Assembly: GCA_951406725.2 (NCBI GenBank)
Contig: OX597816.1
Location: forward strand, 5,766,001-5,830,000
Direction of reading: 5' to 3'
Length of the DNA: 64,000 nucleotides
Source: Octopus vulgaris
Taxonomy: Eukaryota
Of this stretch, positions 1 through 11,494 are shown piece by piece (within the stretch, counting starts at the first letter, position 1; each line of letters opens with the position of its first letter). A model generated the notes under the pieces. That model saw only the letters and a program-made list of their open reading frames with translations. It ran no database searches and was not told the origin of the DNA. The position numbers and the translations under genes are program-made.

Positions 1-251
1 TAAGGTTGTGTGTGATGCTGTTGGTAACCTGTGACTCGCCACAACCAATTTCTCGTTTTGAATTTTTGGAAACTGAAGTAGCACCAAAGGAGACCATCAT
101 AGGAGACCATGGGAGGCCATAGGAGACCGTAGGAGGTGGAAAACAAGACCTACCAAAGCAGATGAACTAAAGGGTGCATAAATGCGTTTTTGTAGCGTGT
201 GACAATGAGTTCGCTTTACGTGCTTGTCATAATGTTAGAAAAGTTACTACA

Positions 252-584
252 CGCAAGAGTGATTGTGGTAACTAGCATGCTTTCCAACCAGATCGTTCCG
301 GGTTCGGTCCCCTGCGTGGCACCTTGAGCAAGTGTCTTCTACTATAGCATCAGACCGGCCCAAGCCTTTTGAGTGGATTTGGTAGATGGAAACACAAAGA
401 AGCGTGTTCTCTTTTATTTGTTTCAGTCATTTGACTGCGGCCATGCTGGAGTACCGCAAATTGACCCCAGGATTTATTCTTTGTAAGCCTAGTAGTACTT
501 ATTTTATCGGACTTTCTTGCCGAACCGCTAGGTGACGGGGACGTAAACACACCAGCATCGGTTGTCAAGCGATGTTAGGGGACA

Positions 585-661
<77 letters not shown>

Positions 662-846
662 GACGGGCTTTTTCAGTTTCCGTCTACCAAATCTACTCAC
701 AAAGCTTTTTGTCGGCCCGAAGCTATAGTAGAAGACACTTGCCCAAAGTGCCATGCAGTGGGACTGAACACGGAACCATGTGTTTGGTAAGCAAGCTACT
801 TGCCACACAGCCACTTCTGCACCTATACACACACACACACACACAT

Positions 847-901
<55 letters not shown>

Positions 902-1140
902 TATATATGCGTGTATGTATGTACTCGTGTATGTTTGTATGTCTGTGTTTGTCCCCCTTCCCTACCATCACTTGACAACCGATGGTGTGTTTACGTCCCC
1001 GTAACTTGGCCGTTCGGCAAAAGAGACCGATAGAATAAGTTCTAGGTTTGCAAAGAATAAACCCTGGTGTCAATTTCTACGTCTGGAAGGCGTTGCTCCA
1101 GCATGCCCGCAGTCAAATGACTGAAACAAATAAACGAAAA
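252..1140 (+). mobile_element. CORE-type tRNA-SINE (family A), interrupted by an opposite-strand copy and ending at a Helitron insertion
   Basis: Head with B-box-like GGTTCGGTCCC and CORE-like CACCTTGAGCAAGTGTCTTC (~300-340). Body resumes at ~930-1140 with the tail GCAGTCAAATGACTGAAACAAATAAA. Confidence 0.75.
408..823 (-). mobile_element. CORE-type tRNA-SINE (family A), full length with internal (CA)n(TA)n
   Basis: Matches the copies at 14210 and 44543. Minus-strand head GGTGCAGAAGTGGCTGTGTGG...GTGTTCAGTCCC, then GCACTTTGGGCAAGTG. Confidence 0.85.
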
Positions 1141-1527
1141 TCTCTCTATATATAAACGGCAGTTTGTCTGTGCGTGTTTCTGTGTGTCTGTTAGGTTGTA
1201 CCCTCACCCTGACCATGGCTTTCAACCGATTCTGATGAAACTTGACACACACATAGCCCAATGTCATAATTCAAAACTAACGCAGCGAAAATTTTGAAAA
1301 GTTCCCCCAGTTCTGAAAAAAATCGATAAATTCGACATGGGGTCGAGAATCAGAAACACAAACCACAGACCGTCTAGGGGACGCAACTCCACCTTTTTTA
1401 ACTCTCAAAAAAAAAATTTACCATCATTTTTTTTCCATTTTTTTGCTATATTTTGGCTATAACTCTCTAAAAATGCATTATAGTTATTTCCCTTACAAAC
1501 CTGAGCAACGCCGGGCGATACTGCTAG
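1141..1527 (+). mobile_element. Non-autonomous Helitron
   Basis: 5' TC(TCTCTATATATAAA), subterminal GC hairpin CCTGAGCAACGCCGGG, 3' CTAG. Inserted between A and T with no TSD. The 3' end is nearly identical to 56090-56148. Confidence 0.85.
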
Positions 1528-2235
1528 TAATGAATAAAAGAATACCAGTAGCAAATATATAAATTCTTAAGGTTGCAAATCTCTATTTGTGGTAATCAAA
1601 AGCGGTTTCGATTCCTGAGAGGCAGGCAAAAATTATTGCTAAAGAATATTTATTGAAAGTAAGACTTTTCTAGGGATACGTAGTAAGAATGGGCGAGTGA
1701 ATAAGTCTTAGGAAGAAACCTAATTCTTCCTAAGGCAATTCCTTAAAACGTTCTTTCTAGTCACTCCAGAAATGAAATCCATATAACAAACAAGTTCGGT
1801 TTTAGTATATTTGAAGTAGAACATAATTATTATTTCTATATTTTGCAGATTTTGACACTTGCGTGTTTAGCCCTGAGTAATATACCATCTGTTATACATT
1901 GTCTGTTTAACGTGAAGGGACTCAGGACTAAGCTTTGTTTCTGTGTAGTTTGTACAATTGAATAACCTTTCTTCTAAATTTATGAAGCATATTATATCAA
2001 TTTTTTCATATGATATGTAGGCGTTTGCGGTCATCGTATATATGTGTGTGTATGCAGAATATTGATGTTAATATGCTTTCTGAATGAATATCAGTGAAGA
2101 TTTCTTTAAAATAACAAACTCAAGAAACTGCCAAGAAGAAATAGCAAGAGACAGTTCATATAAAATCTTGATATTCACGAAATATGAATTACCTTGATTC
2201 TAAATATGTTGTTTTTCAATATTTGAAGTTACTAA

Positions 2236-2660
2236 GGCGGCAAACTGGCAGAATCGTTAGCACACCGGGCGAAATGCTCAGCGGTATTTCGTCTACCGCT
2301 ACGTTCTGAGTTCAAATTCCACCGAGGTCGACTTTGCCTTTCATCCTTTCCTTTCGGGGTCGATAAATTAAGTACCAGTTACGCACTGTGATCGATGTAA
2401 TCGACTTAATCCGTTTGTCTGTCCTTGTTTGTCCTCTCTCTGTGTGTTTAGCCCCTTGTGGGTAGTAAAGAAATATGTATTTCGTCTGCCGTTATGTTCT
2501 GAGTTCAAATTCCGCCGAGGTCGACTTTGCCTTTCACCCCTTCGAGGTCGATAAATTAAGTACCAGTTACGCACTGTGATCCATGTAATCGACTTAATCC
2601 GTTTGTCTGTCCTTGTTTCTCCCCTCTGTGACTAGCCCCTTGTGGGCAATAAAGAAATAA
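2236..2660 (+). mobile_element. Nin-domain tRNA-SINE (family B), head plus two ~190-bp units
   Basis: Head GGCGGCAAACTGGCAGAATCGTTAGC; Nin-like motif GCCTTTCATCCTTTC...GGGGTCGATAAATTAAGTACCAG. Flanking direct repeat AATAT(TT/GG)GAAGTTACTA is a TSD. Confidence 0.85.
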
Positions 2661-2688
2661 ATATGGGAAGTTACTATTCAGACACACG

Positions 2689-2890
2689 TGGTGGCGAGCT
2701 AGCAGAATCTTTAGCACGCGAGGCGAAATACTTAGCGCTGTTTCGTCTGTCTTTACGTTATGAGTTCAAATTCCGCCGAGGTCGACTTTACTTTCTGGGT
2801 CGATAAATTAAGTACCAGTTGCATACTGGAGTCGATCTAATCGACTCGTCTCCTCCCCAAAATTTCGAACTCCGTGCCAAAAGGAGAAAA
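2689..2890 (+). mobile_element. Nin-domain SINE (family B variant tail)
   Basis: Same head and GTCGATAAATTAAGTACCAG motif, with an alternative tail. Confidence 0.75.
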
Positions 2891-2907
2891 GAATATAAAA
2901 ATAACCC

Positions 2908-3205
2908 GTGAAGATGCGTGGCATAGTGGTTCCGTTTTGGGCTCCCGGTCATAAGGTTGTGAGTTCGATACACGGCGGCGCACTGTATATTTTACCAAGG
3001 TACTTTATTTCCTGTTGCTCCAGTCCACTGGACTGCGAAAAGTGAGACGTACTCGTAATTCGAAGGGTCAGCATTGTCACATTTTGTGTCACGTTGAATA
3101 TCCCTTAGAAATACGTTAAGGGTATGCGTGTCTGTGGAGTGCTGAGTCACTTGAACATTAATATCATGAACAGGCTGTTCCCTTGCTTGGATCACCTGGA
3201 ACTCA
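2908..3205 (+). mobile_element. tRNA-derived SINE (family C-like), diverged
   Basis: A-box-like GTGGCATAGTGG, B-box-like GAGTTCGATAC, then ACTTTATTTCCTGTTGCTCCAGTCCAC shared with the element at 4532-4869. Confidence 0.6.
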
Positions 3206-4009
3206 TGTCTACTCTCTCATCAATATTCAGCAGTCTAAAATTAATATTCAGAATGTTGGATATTACTCAGACACCCTATGACCAAATTAAATTAATTGCA
3301 GCATATTTAATTATATCCACTGCAAATGTACTACTAAGCAATCATTATCTTTTCTACTTTTATTCCTCAAGGGTCCATGAAATAGCTATCATCAATATAT
3401 ATCACTATAAACTATAGTTAGACTATGGCCCCTTCCTACAAAAAGTGTTTTTATGTCGTTGAATAATTGATATTCGAAGGCCTTTTATTGTTGTATGCAT
3501 CATCCAAGTAAGACACTCTCTGAAGCAAGCTATTAAGCATGAAAACTACTTCAGTCTCGGGGGTTTTACTGTCAATACGTTCATTTTATTTTATATTTCT
3601 CACTGCCAAAGCATGTCCAAAGCTCTTATCAAATCATCTCACCAAATCCTCCCGGAAGATTTGCCTTTTAATCAAATTTGCGCAAATCTAAGAAATTAAC
3701 GAAACGTTCAAAACAACTACCTAGGTCTACGGCTATGTAGATTTTTCTCATCTACATATCAATGTTTACTTTGAAATCAATATTATATTGATTAATGCGT
3801 TCCTACCATGTACAATAAATAATCATTCGGTTCTATGGAGATTAATAATCAATATTGCAGGACTTTAGAATATAGGAATACAAAAACTAATTCAATTGTA
3901 ACAGTATTTCGAAATGATTTTGATCAAGATAAAACAAATGTATCTAAAACACATCACTCTGATAATATATCTTAACTGCTTAGATTTAATGTTTAAAATT
4001 ATACTAAAT

Positions 4010-4092
<83 letters not shown>

Positions 4093-4122
4093 GTAATTTA
4101 TCATAATATAAAATAATACATG

Positions 4123-4160
<38 letters not shown>

Positions 4161-4531
4161 GTCTCTTCATTCCTGGCGGTTTGATATAGCATACGATACA
4201 TTAATATAATACCATGAAATCGGGGAAATAAATGATTAATCATGATTAATCTCGTATTGGTTTGATTTGTTTTACTAATTCATTTTTAAGCCGCCATTCG
4301 TCTTGAACGTATTTTTTTTTCCAGTTGAACCAATCGTATCAGCGCCATTTATTACATAATGCTTTAACTGTTGCTTAATCCAACATAACGTAAAAGGATT
4401 GCATCTCCATAATACAAAATTACTAGAGTGCCAATGTTTCAGGACTCCCATCTAACCTGTAAACTGGTTGTGCATTTAATCCGGCCAGATTTACTCCTAC
4501 CGCTTAATATGTTCGTCATATCCCTGTACAT

Positions 4532-4869
4532 GAGACCCCCTTCGGTCAGATACTGACCATGGGCTTGCACCTAGAAAGTTACCCTCTGAGGCACAAGTCT
4601 GGGCAAGGTTGTTTCATGGAAGACCAGCAGTCGCCCATGCATACCAGCCTCCCCTCTCCACGTCACCAGTGTTAGCCAAGGGAAAGGCAAGGGCCGATAC
4701 AGCTTGGCACCTGTGACGTCGCAACTCATTTCTACAGCTGAGTGAACTGGAGCAACATGAAATAAAGTGTCTTGCTCAAGAACACAACACGCAGCCCAGT
4801 CCAGGATTCGAGCTCACAACCTCACAATCGTAAGTTCGATGCTCTAACCACTGAGCCACGTGCCTTCAC
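4532..4869 (-). mobile_element. tRNA-derived SINE (family C, CORE/Meta-like central domain)
   Basis: Minus-strand head GTGAAGGCACGTGGCTCAGTGGTTAGAGCATCG...GAGCTCGAATCC, then TGTGTTCTTGAGCAAGACACTTTATTTC...CACTCAGCTGTAGAAATG. Confidence 0.75.
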
Positions 4870-6281
4870 TGTAATAAAGTTAAAATGCCACACACTCTCT
4901 TCACTGTATCATTTATAAAACACATTTTCTCCAGGTACTTTACAGTTTTTTTTCAGTTTTCAGGGTTTCTTTTCTTTTTGCCCTGTATGTGTAATTATCG
5001 TAGATCGTTAATTTGTCCAAGAGAGACGCTCTTACGCATTTCTTACATTGTAATTATATGGCTTGGATTCAATTTTCAGCAGGAAATAAACTATACTCAT
5101 ATCGTCAACGCGATTTCGTAGCAAAGTTCTGTATTAAATTATAATTATTAAAAATCATTTTCGAACGAAATAGTTGGGAGAAGGTTTGAACAATGCAAAA
5201 ACTGGTTTCGAGAAATAATTTTCGTTTCTTTTCATTTTGTTTTATTTTGTTTTGTTTCCTTTTTTTGTTTTACTCAAGTATCTCCTCCTTTATTCACGAA
5301 TATTTTCAGATTTGAAAAGTTGTAAATATTCCCGATTTTCGTTTTATGGGAAATTTGGAACTTCATTTTTAAACAAATTAGGGATCCAAACCATTATTCT
5401 ATATGTTTAATACCAAAACAGATATTTTTCATGACCAGATTAATATCTGATACTAAAACATCGTTTCAAAGTATGCCACACGGCCAGCTGATAACAAAAT
5501 ATATCAAGCAGGGAGCAACAGTTTAGAGTAAAAGGATAAATATTTTGCAATGTCCTCCATGATTTAAATTGCACGTTCAGTTTTGTTTACAGGTAAAGAT
5601 TCCTATCTTTTATTTCTCCCGATTAATTTTATATTCGGTGACAAGAGAAAGCGAGTTAATATACACTTATACGTTTTCCTACTTTTCTATAGAATTTTTA
5701 TATAACGTATAAAAAATAAACTATAAACCAATATGACGCCATTAATTCTCATGTAAGAAAAATCTCAGCTATAATTATTTTCTAAACTCCTTTACGAAAG
5801 TATCATCATGCTAATTAAAGGGTTGTGATCTACGAAATAAGCGCAGATAAGGCTAATATTAATCCATAACAGTATGGATACTTATCTCTTTCCCTTCAGT
5901 ACATCACATACGCATTTCGTTTTTAGGTAGCTGCTAGATCTATTGTAAGATGTTTTCCTAACAAGAGGAATGCAAACCAAAATACTCTTCGGTTTCACCT
6001 TTCTGAGTTTCGGCCGGTTATCGATGTGAATTATTTCACTTAGAACTCCGCAGATTCTCCTCTTAGGTGTCCTCAAATACTGACAACGTACGTTTTATAT
6101 TTTATCTTTCCGGGACGAGAATATCACCAACTGTCATTTTCTAGTTTAAATTTAATCATGGTTATGTCCTTCCTTCACCTGAAACTGGTTGTGAAATAAT
6201 TCAGAGGAAGAACATAATTCAATTTTATACATCCTGTATCCTCCAGAATAATATTATACGCTAACATCCAGGACAGCTTAA

Positions 6282-6492
6282 CCCATTAAGTCCCAGAGTA
6301 CTTACATTTCCGAATATTACTTTTAAATTTTTACAGATGATTGAAAATAGGTTAAAATGAAAAGAAATAATTATAAAACTCCTTTACTTCAACTAGAAAT
6401 GGAAATACTCGGTGTCCTATAAATAGGACAGTGAAACAATGTGATATAGCTTATTTAATATTCCTATTTATAGGAGAGTGGGATTTAATGGG
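6282..6492. mobile_element. piggyBac-type MITE (211 bp)
   Basis: TTAA on both sides. 14-bp TIR CCCATTAAGTCCCA / TGGGATTTAATGGG (1 mismatch). Internal inverted pair TCCTATAAATAGGA / TCCTATTTATAGGA. Confidence 0.75.
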
Positions 6493-6639
6493 TTAACACG
6501 TTCAAAACATTAAAAACTATTTTGAGGAATAGCGTTTCGAAGTATTCCCAGTCCTTCGCTAATCATCATAAAGTAAATTCTAACACCAGAGTTCATCGGT
6601 TTCCGGCTTACGTATTGCGTATCACGCGTTCCTTATGAA

Positions 6640-6930
6640 ATTATATCCGACATTCTTCCATTGTCTCTTCTAACGTTACTACAGGGATATCTACACCACA
6701 GAACATCCAACACTTTGAACGACCTCTGTCCAACCATTCTCTTTGTATCAATTTTGCCTGCTCTCTCTCTGTCCTTCAAATGCCTTACTTTCGTGGTCTC
6801 ACTCTCCAACTCCAAATAAACATCCTCTCCAGTGAAACACATCCTGTCCCAAGTTCTCGTAAGAAATATTTGCTTTCACATTAAAACTATACTTCCACAA
6901 AATGGACTTCTGTCCCTGATTCGGAGGTAC
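6640..6930 (+). mobile_element. Possible highly decayed LINE ORF2 3' fragment (CR1/Jockey-like)
   Basis: Broken translation LF*RYY...NHSLCINF...STKWTSVP resembles the LINE C-terminal FYRYY...HPF...W.SLP region. Weak. Confidence 0.3.
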
Positions 6931-6954
6931 ACTCTTTTCCTAAAACCAAATATT

Positions 6955-7160
6955 GATTTCAAATTTTGGCACAAAGCCAGCAATTTAGGAGAAGGAGAAA
7001 GTCTATTACATTGACCCCAGTGTTCAACTGGTACTTAGTTTATCGACCTAGGAAGGATAAAAGTTAAAGTCGACCTCGGCGGAATTTGAACTCAAAACGT
7101 AAAGACAGACATAATGCCGCTGAGCATTGTGCCCGGTGTGCTAACGATTCTGTCACTTCG
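6955..7160 (-). mobile_element. Nin-domain SINE (family B, TTGTGCCAAAATTTGAAA tail)
   Basis: Reverse complement of the family B head and Nin motif (CTGGTACTTAGTTTATCGACC...AAAGTCGACCTCGGCGGAATTTGAACTC). Confidence 0.8.
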
Positions 7161-8164
7161 TAAAAACACTTAACTTGATCCGCAAAATACTGGGTTTTTC
7201 TAAGATACAATTCCAATTTCCAACAGAACTTGTATCTATTTTCTCGTCATTGTACAAAATTTCAGACAATGTTGCAATGCTGACCACGAATTTTCTTTTC
7301 ACAATAGGTTCCATTTAAAGTCTAGTGTCCTTATTTTGCAATGCGGCAATTCCATTTCTATATCCATGAAATCTTGTCAAGGATTCCATACAGTTGGACA
7401 AATTATTCTAACATAGCTGTTATATCTGTTATAAACTTTGTATACTAAAGATTGTAGTTATAGAATAGTGACTTATCTGTGGCAGAGCTGTGTGTTATTA
7501 TTGCTTTTGTTGTTGTGGGAATTGAAACGGAACTCCTGAACAATCAATTCCAACACAAGGATCTTAACATTTCTGTCAATTTCGCTTAATGACAACATGC
7601 GTGGCATCAGATAACATCTCCATATGAAATACAGAATCCAGAAACCAATTTTCTGATTCTTGTACGTTACTTGTATTAGCTTTACTCGAGGGAAGCCTAC
7701 ATAGATTCTATAAATCCCAGAACTTGTCAGGTATTTGCTTCGAAATGTGGATCACTAAAGTTAATTTTTATAAAAGACGAGTCATGTGCAGGCTGTTTCT
7801 GTCATTTCTGAAGTGTTAACTCAAAAGAAGCATCGCAGAAAAGTGACAAAACCTATCTGAAATTAATTCAACGAATCAAATACACATGTTGCTTGATTCC
7901 TATGACACCATGCCAGATATTGAGGAGTTATTTCTGCCAATATTATAACTCTGTGATTTATCGCGTGCAATATTTTACTGTCTTCAGCAAAAGACGTCCT
8001 TCTCTCAGTGACTAAGTTTAATGATACTGAAATAAGTAGAGAGCTGTCTGTCGTGCTTGCTGAAATGGCAAATAAAAGACAGACATTAGCCATGCGGTTA
8101 ATCCTCTTTTGTCCCTTTGCTCTGTCGGTTTCTTGGTGGAAGATCAGACTGTATTCCCGATAAG

Positions 8165-8588
8165 GGCGGCGAGCTGGTAGAAACGTTAGCACGCTGGGCG
8201 AAATGCTTAGTGGTATTTCGTCTGCGGTTACGTTCTGAGTTCAAATTCTGCCGTGGTCGACTTTGCCTTTCATCCTTTCGGGGTCGATAAATTACGTACC
8301 AGTTACGCACTGGGGTCGATTTAATCGACTTAATCCGTTTGTCTGTCCTTGTTTGTCCCATGTGTCCTTGTTTGTCTGTCCTTGTCTGTCCCCTTGGTTG
8401 TGGATATGAGTGAGAGACTGTTTGTGTATGTATATGTGTGTTTGTACGAATGCTTGTGTGCGTGTGTGTGCGTGCGTGTGTGCGTGCGTGTGTGTGTGCG
8501 TGTGTGTGGATGCATGTTTGTGTGTATTTGTGTGAATGTTTGTGTGTGCGTGTATGAGCAAATGTTGGTAGTAAAGAAATAGGTATTC
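8165..8588 (+). mobile_element. Nin-domain SINE with a ~170-bp insertion in its tail
   Basis: Family B consensus. TSD GTATTC(C/T)CGATAAG at ~8151-8164 and ~8584-8597. The insert at ~8394-8566 resembles 9846-9974. Confidence 0.85.
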
Positions 8589-9094
8589 TCGATAAGAATT
8601 ATCTGGACGGGCTGCTATATTAATTCCTCATAAATAACATTTGGAATACCTATTGCAGGATTAGAACCTTCTACATTACACTTCCTTTTGTGATAAAGAG
8701 ATGAAAAAGGTGAAGTAGTTCCTCAAATACATTTTTCTCTGTAGCGGTTTGCTCTCAAACCGGGATCAAGTCCTGAGCGATTACTGAGCTCTCAACTCCT
8801 TATGCTTATGACTTTATAGTTCTTGGGTTTCCTTTTGCCATTAATACATACGTTCTGACGATCGCAGCCAAGCTTATCCTCACTCTTACAGCTGCTCCTG
8901 TTGTTGTTGCTGCTGCTGCTGTTGCTGCTGCTATTCGTACTGCTGCTATTCGTACTGCTGCTACACTCGATCTTTTCACAAGACTGTTGCTGCCTAATTC
9001 AGTGTCAGCATCATTAGTTTTGTACCTAGAGCTGACAGTGTTGCATACTGAATTTAAAAGATGAAAAGAAACTGTTGTTTATTGTTGTTACTGA

Positions 9095-9338
9095 TGATAA
9101 TTATGATGATGACGATGGTGGTGGTGGTGGTGGTGGTGGGGTGGTGGTGGTGGGGGTGGTTGCGATCACAATAATAGCAATGGTGATGAATACAGCCATG
9201 CATGATGATGATGATGGTGGTGGTGGTGGTGGTGGCGGTGATGATGATGATAATGAAGATGATGATGATGATAATGATTATGGTGGTGGTGGTGGTGGCG
9301 ATCACAATAATAGCAATGGTGATGAATATAGCCATGCA

Positions 9339-9372
<34 letters not shown>

Positions 9373-9482
9373 GGTGGTGGTGGTGGTGGTGATGATGATG
9401 GTGATGATGATGATGATGATAAGGACTATAGTGTTGGTGATGGCGATCACAATAATAGCAATGTTGGGGAATACAGCCATGC

Positions 9483-9515
<33 letters not shown>

Positions 9516-9635
9516 GTGGTGATGATTATGCCGCCATTGTTATTCGTATTGTTTCCATTATTGTATATGTAGTTCTACAACTGCTGCTGCTGCTGCTGTT
9601 GCTGCTACTGCTACTGCTACTACTACTGTTGCAGT
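9095..9635. repeat. Higher-order repeat: three ~140-bp units of a unique spacer plus (GAT)n(GGT)n, followed by (CTG/CTA)n
   Basis: GCGATCACAATAATAGCAATG...AATA(C/T)AGCCATGCATGAT at ~9162, ~9298 and ~9443. Confidence 0.9.
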
Positions 9636-10139
9636 GACTAATAGCTGTTAGTCGTTCTACTACAAACGTTTATGCGGATGCTACAACTTACAGCCTCCCA
9701 CTTTTGCAGCTGCAAGCATTGGTATCAACGACAGCGGAGTCTTACCATTCCACTCTCTCTTAGCAGAGATGATATTAGTTTCAACTCTAAGACGGGCGAT
9801 AGCATTCGTCTTGCCAGTATTTGTTCTTTTCGGCACCTCTTACACTTGGTTGTGGATAAGAGAGAGAGAGACTGTTTGTGTATGTATGTATGTGTGTTTG
9901 TACGAATGCTTATGTGTGTGTGTGTGGATGCATGTCTGTGTGTATTTCTGTAAATTGTTTGTGTGAGCAAATGTATGTGTCTGTGTGGGATTTTCATATT
10001 AAGTCTATGTGGTCGGTTCGATAATACAATACATTTACAAATCTTTTAATTAACGTCTCACTCACAGACTAATCAAACAATTGATTAGCTAATTCGTTAA
10101 CAATGATAAAGGATCTTCTTACGTTTGTGTGTTAGATAT

Positions 10140-10560
10140 TGAGCGATTATTTACGGCAAGGAAATCTGGGCTCTCGACACGACATTTATTAACGCCCTCG
10201 TGGTTTCCCAATGGAAAATGGAATGAATCATGCTTGGCATCACATTCCGGGACGACAAAACTAATGACTGGATTCGACAGCTTAGGAGAATCAACGATAT
10301 CATAAGAACCATCATGGAAGACAGATATAGATAGGCTAGCCACGTCGCACGACTGAAGGACAAGTAGGTTGGTGGACAAGTAAGTTGACGGAATGGACAC
10401 AAAGACAGAGCAGAAGACCAAGAAGCCGACCAAAGGCAAGATGGCGAGATGAACTCACCGACTTTCTGACGCATATATGATCACGACTTGATCCTGACAC
10501 AGAGAGCGGCGGAAAGATTACAGAGTTAGGTTCCTCCTTCAGGAGTGATAGAACCCTGGA
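10140..10560 (+). mobile_element. RTE-clade LINE 3' fragment (decayed)
   Basis: Translation KME*IMLGITFRDDKTNDWIRQ...*ASHVARLKDK...RPRSRPKARWRDEL matches the RTE C-terminal WAGHVAR...RPRGRP..RW motif. Contains stops and frameshifts. Confidence 0.7.
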
Positions 10561-10566
10561 TAGGGT

Positions 10567-10598
<32 letters not shown>

Positions 10599-10602
<4 letters not shown>

Positions 10603-10850
10603 AATATTAGGGAATAAATCCAAATTTACAGGGAAAAAAATCAGATTTAGGATTAAATCCAATTTTATAGTAAAATATTATAAAATATTATTAGAGACAA
10701 AACCACTATTTTGCAAAACAAACAAGGAAAGACTTAATCAATACATAAAATTTTAATAAATAGTCAAAAAAACCGCCACTACAATCGTTTCTTGTCTTGA
10801 TCGACAATCTTCAGGTGGACTTCAATCTAAAATATCAAAATTTTAAAATA
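10599..10850 (-). mobile_element. (TA)n-adjacent PLE terminal (pLTR-like) module, related to the 12609-12948 palindrome arms
   Basis: Shares ATTAGAGACAAAACCACTATT...AAAGACTTAATC...CCACTACAAT with 12617-12755 and carries a hammerhead core. Confidence 0.65.
10776..10818 (-). ncRNA. Minimal type-I hammerhead ribozyme motif
   Basis: Minus strand: ccac-CUGAAGA-uuguc gaucaa gacaa-GAAA-cgauug-UA-gugg. Stems I and II pair perfectly. Confidence 0.75.
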
Positions 10851-11301
10851 TACAAATAATAATTTTAAAATAATTAAAGTATGAATGAAAAAATATAAAT
10901 ATATAATCCATATATAACCTAAATATAATCCATATATAATCAATATATAAACAATATATAAACTAAAATAAACCTATCAACAATTAAATATAAAATATAA
11001 AATATAAAATATAAAATATAAAATATAAAATATAAAACAAAACAAAAAAATAATAATAATATAATAATAAACTATATATACACCCAAACACATATACCTA
11101 ATTATATATAACCATATCTAACTACATACACGAAACCACACACCTATATATATATCCCTATACATACACATAAAAACGTCTAGACAACTATAAATAAATA
11201 AAATAGCTAAATACTTCAACACAATACTTATTCATACTCCCACACACACACACATACAACCCACATTCACGCTCTAGAAAACGGACATCACTCAAAATTA
11301 A

Positions 11302-11342
<41 letters not shown>

Positions 11343-11347
11343 CGCGC

Positions 11348-11379
<32 letters not shown>

Positions 11380-11494
11380 GTGTGTATGGATATACCAGAT
11401 CATTAAGAATGAAATGACCGATTTTGAACTGAAAGTTTATTTTACTTTATCTCAACAAAAAGCAATGCAACTAATCAAAGTATGTACCTAAATA

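Noticed and set aside
89-137. GGAGACCAT(A) 10-bp repeats
   Set aside because: Short degenerate tandem repeat at the window edge with no supportable coding or element context.
562-1073. Numerous ORFs rich in YIYI/HTHT/VCVC (here and throughout the window)
   Set aside because: They are translations of (TA)n/(CA)n microsatellites and SINE bodies, not genes.
3895-3930. Hammerhead-like remnant on the minus strand (UUGAUCA...GAAA-uacug-UA)
   Set aside because: The core is altered at conserved positions and stem I is unconvincing.
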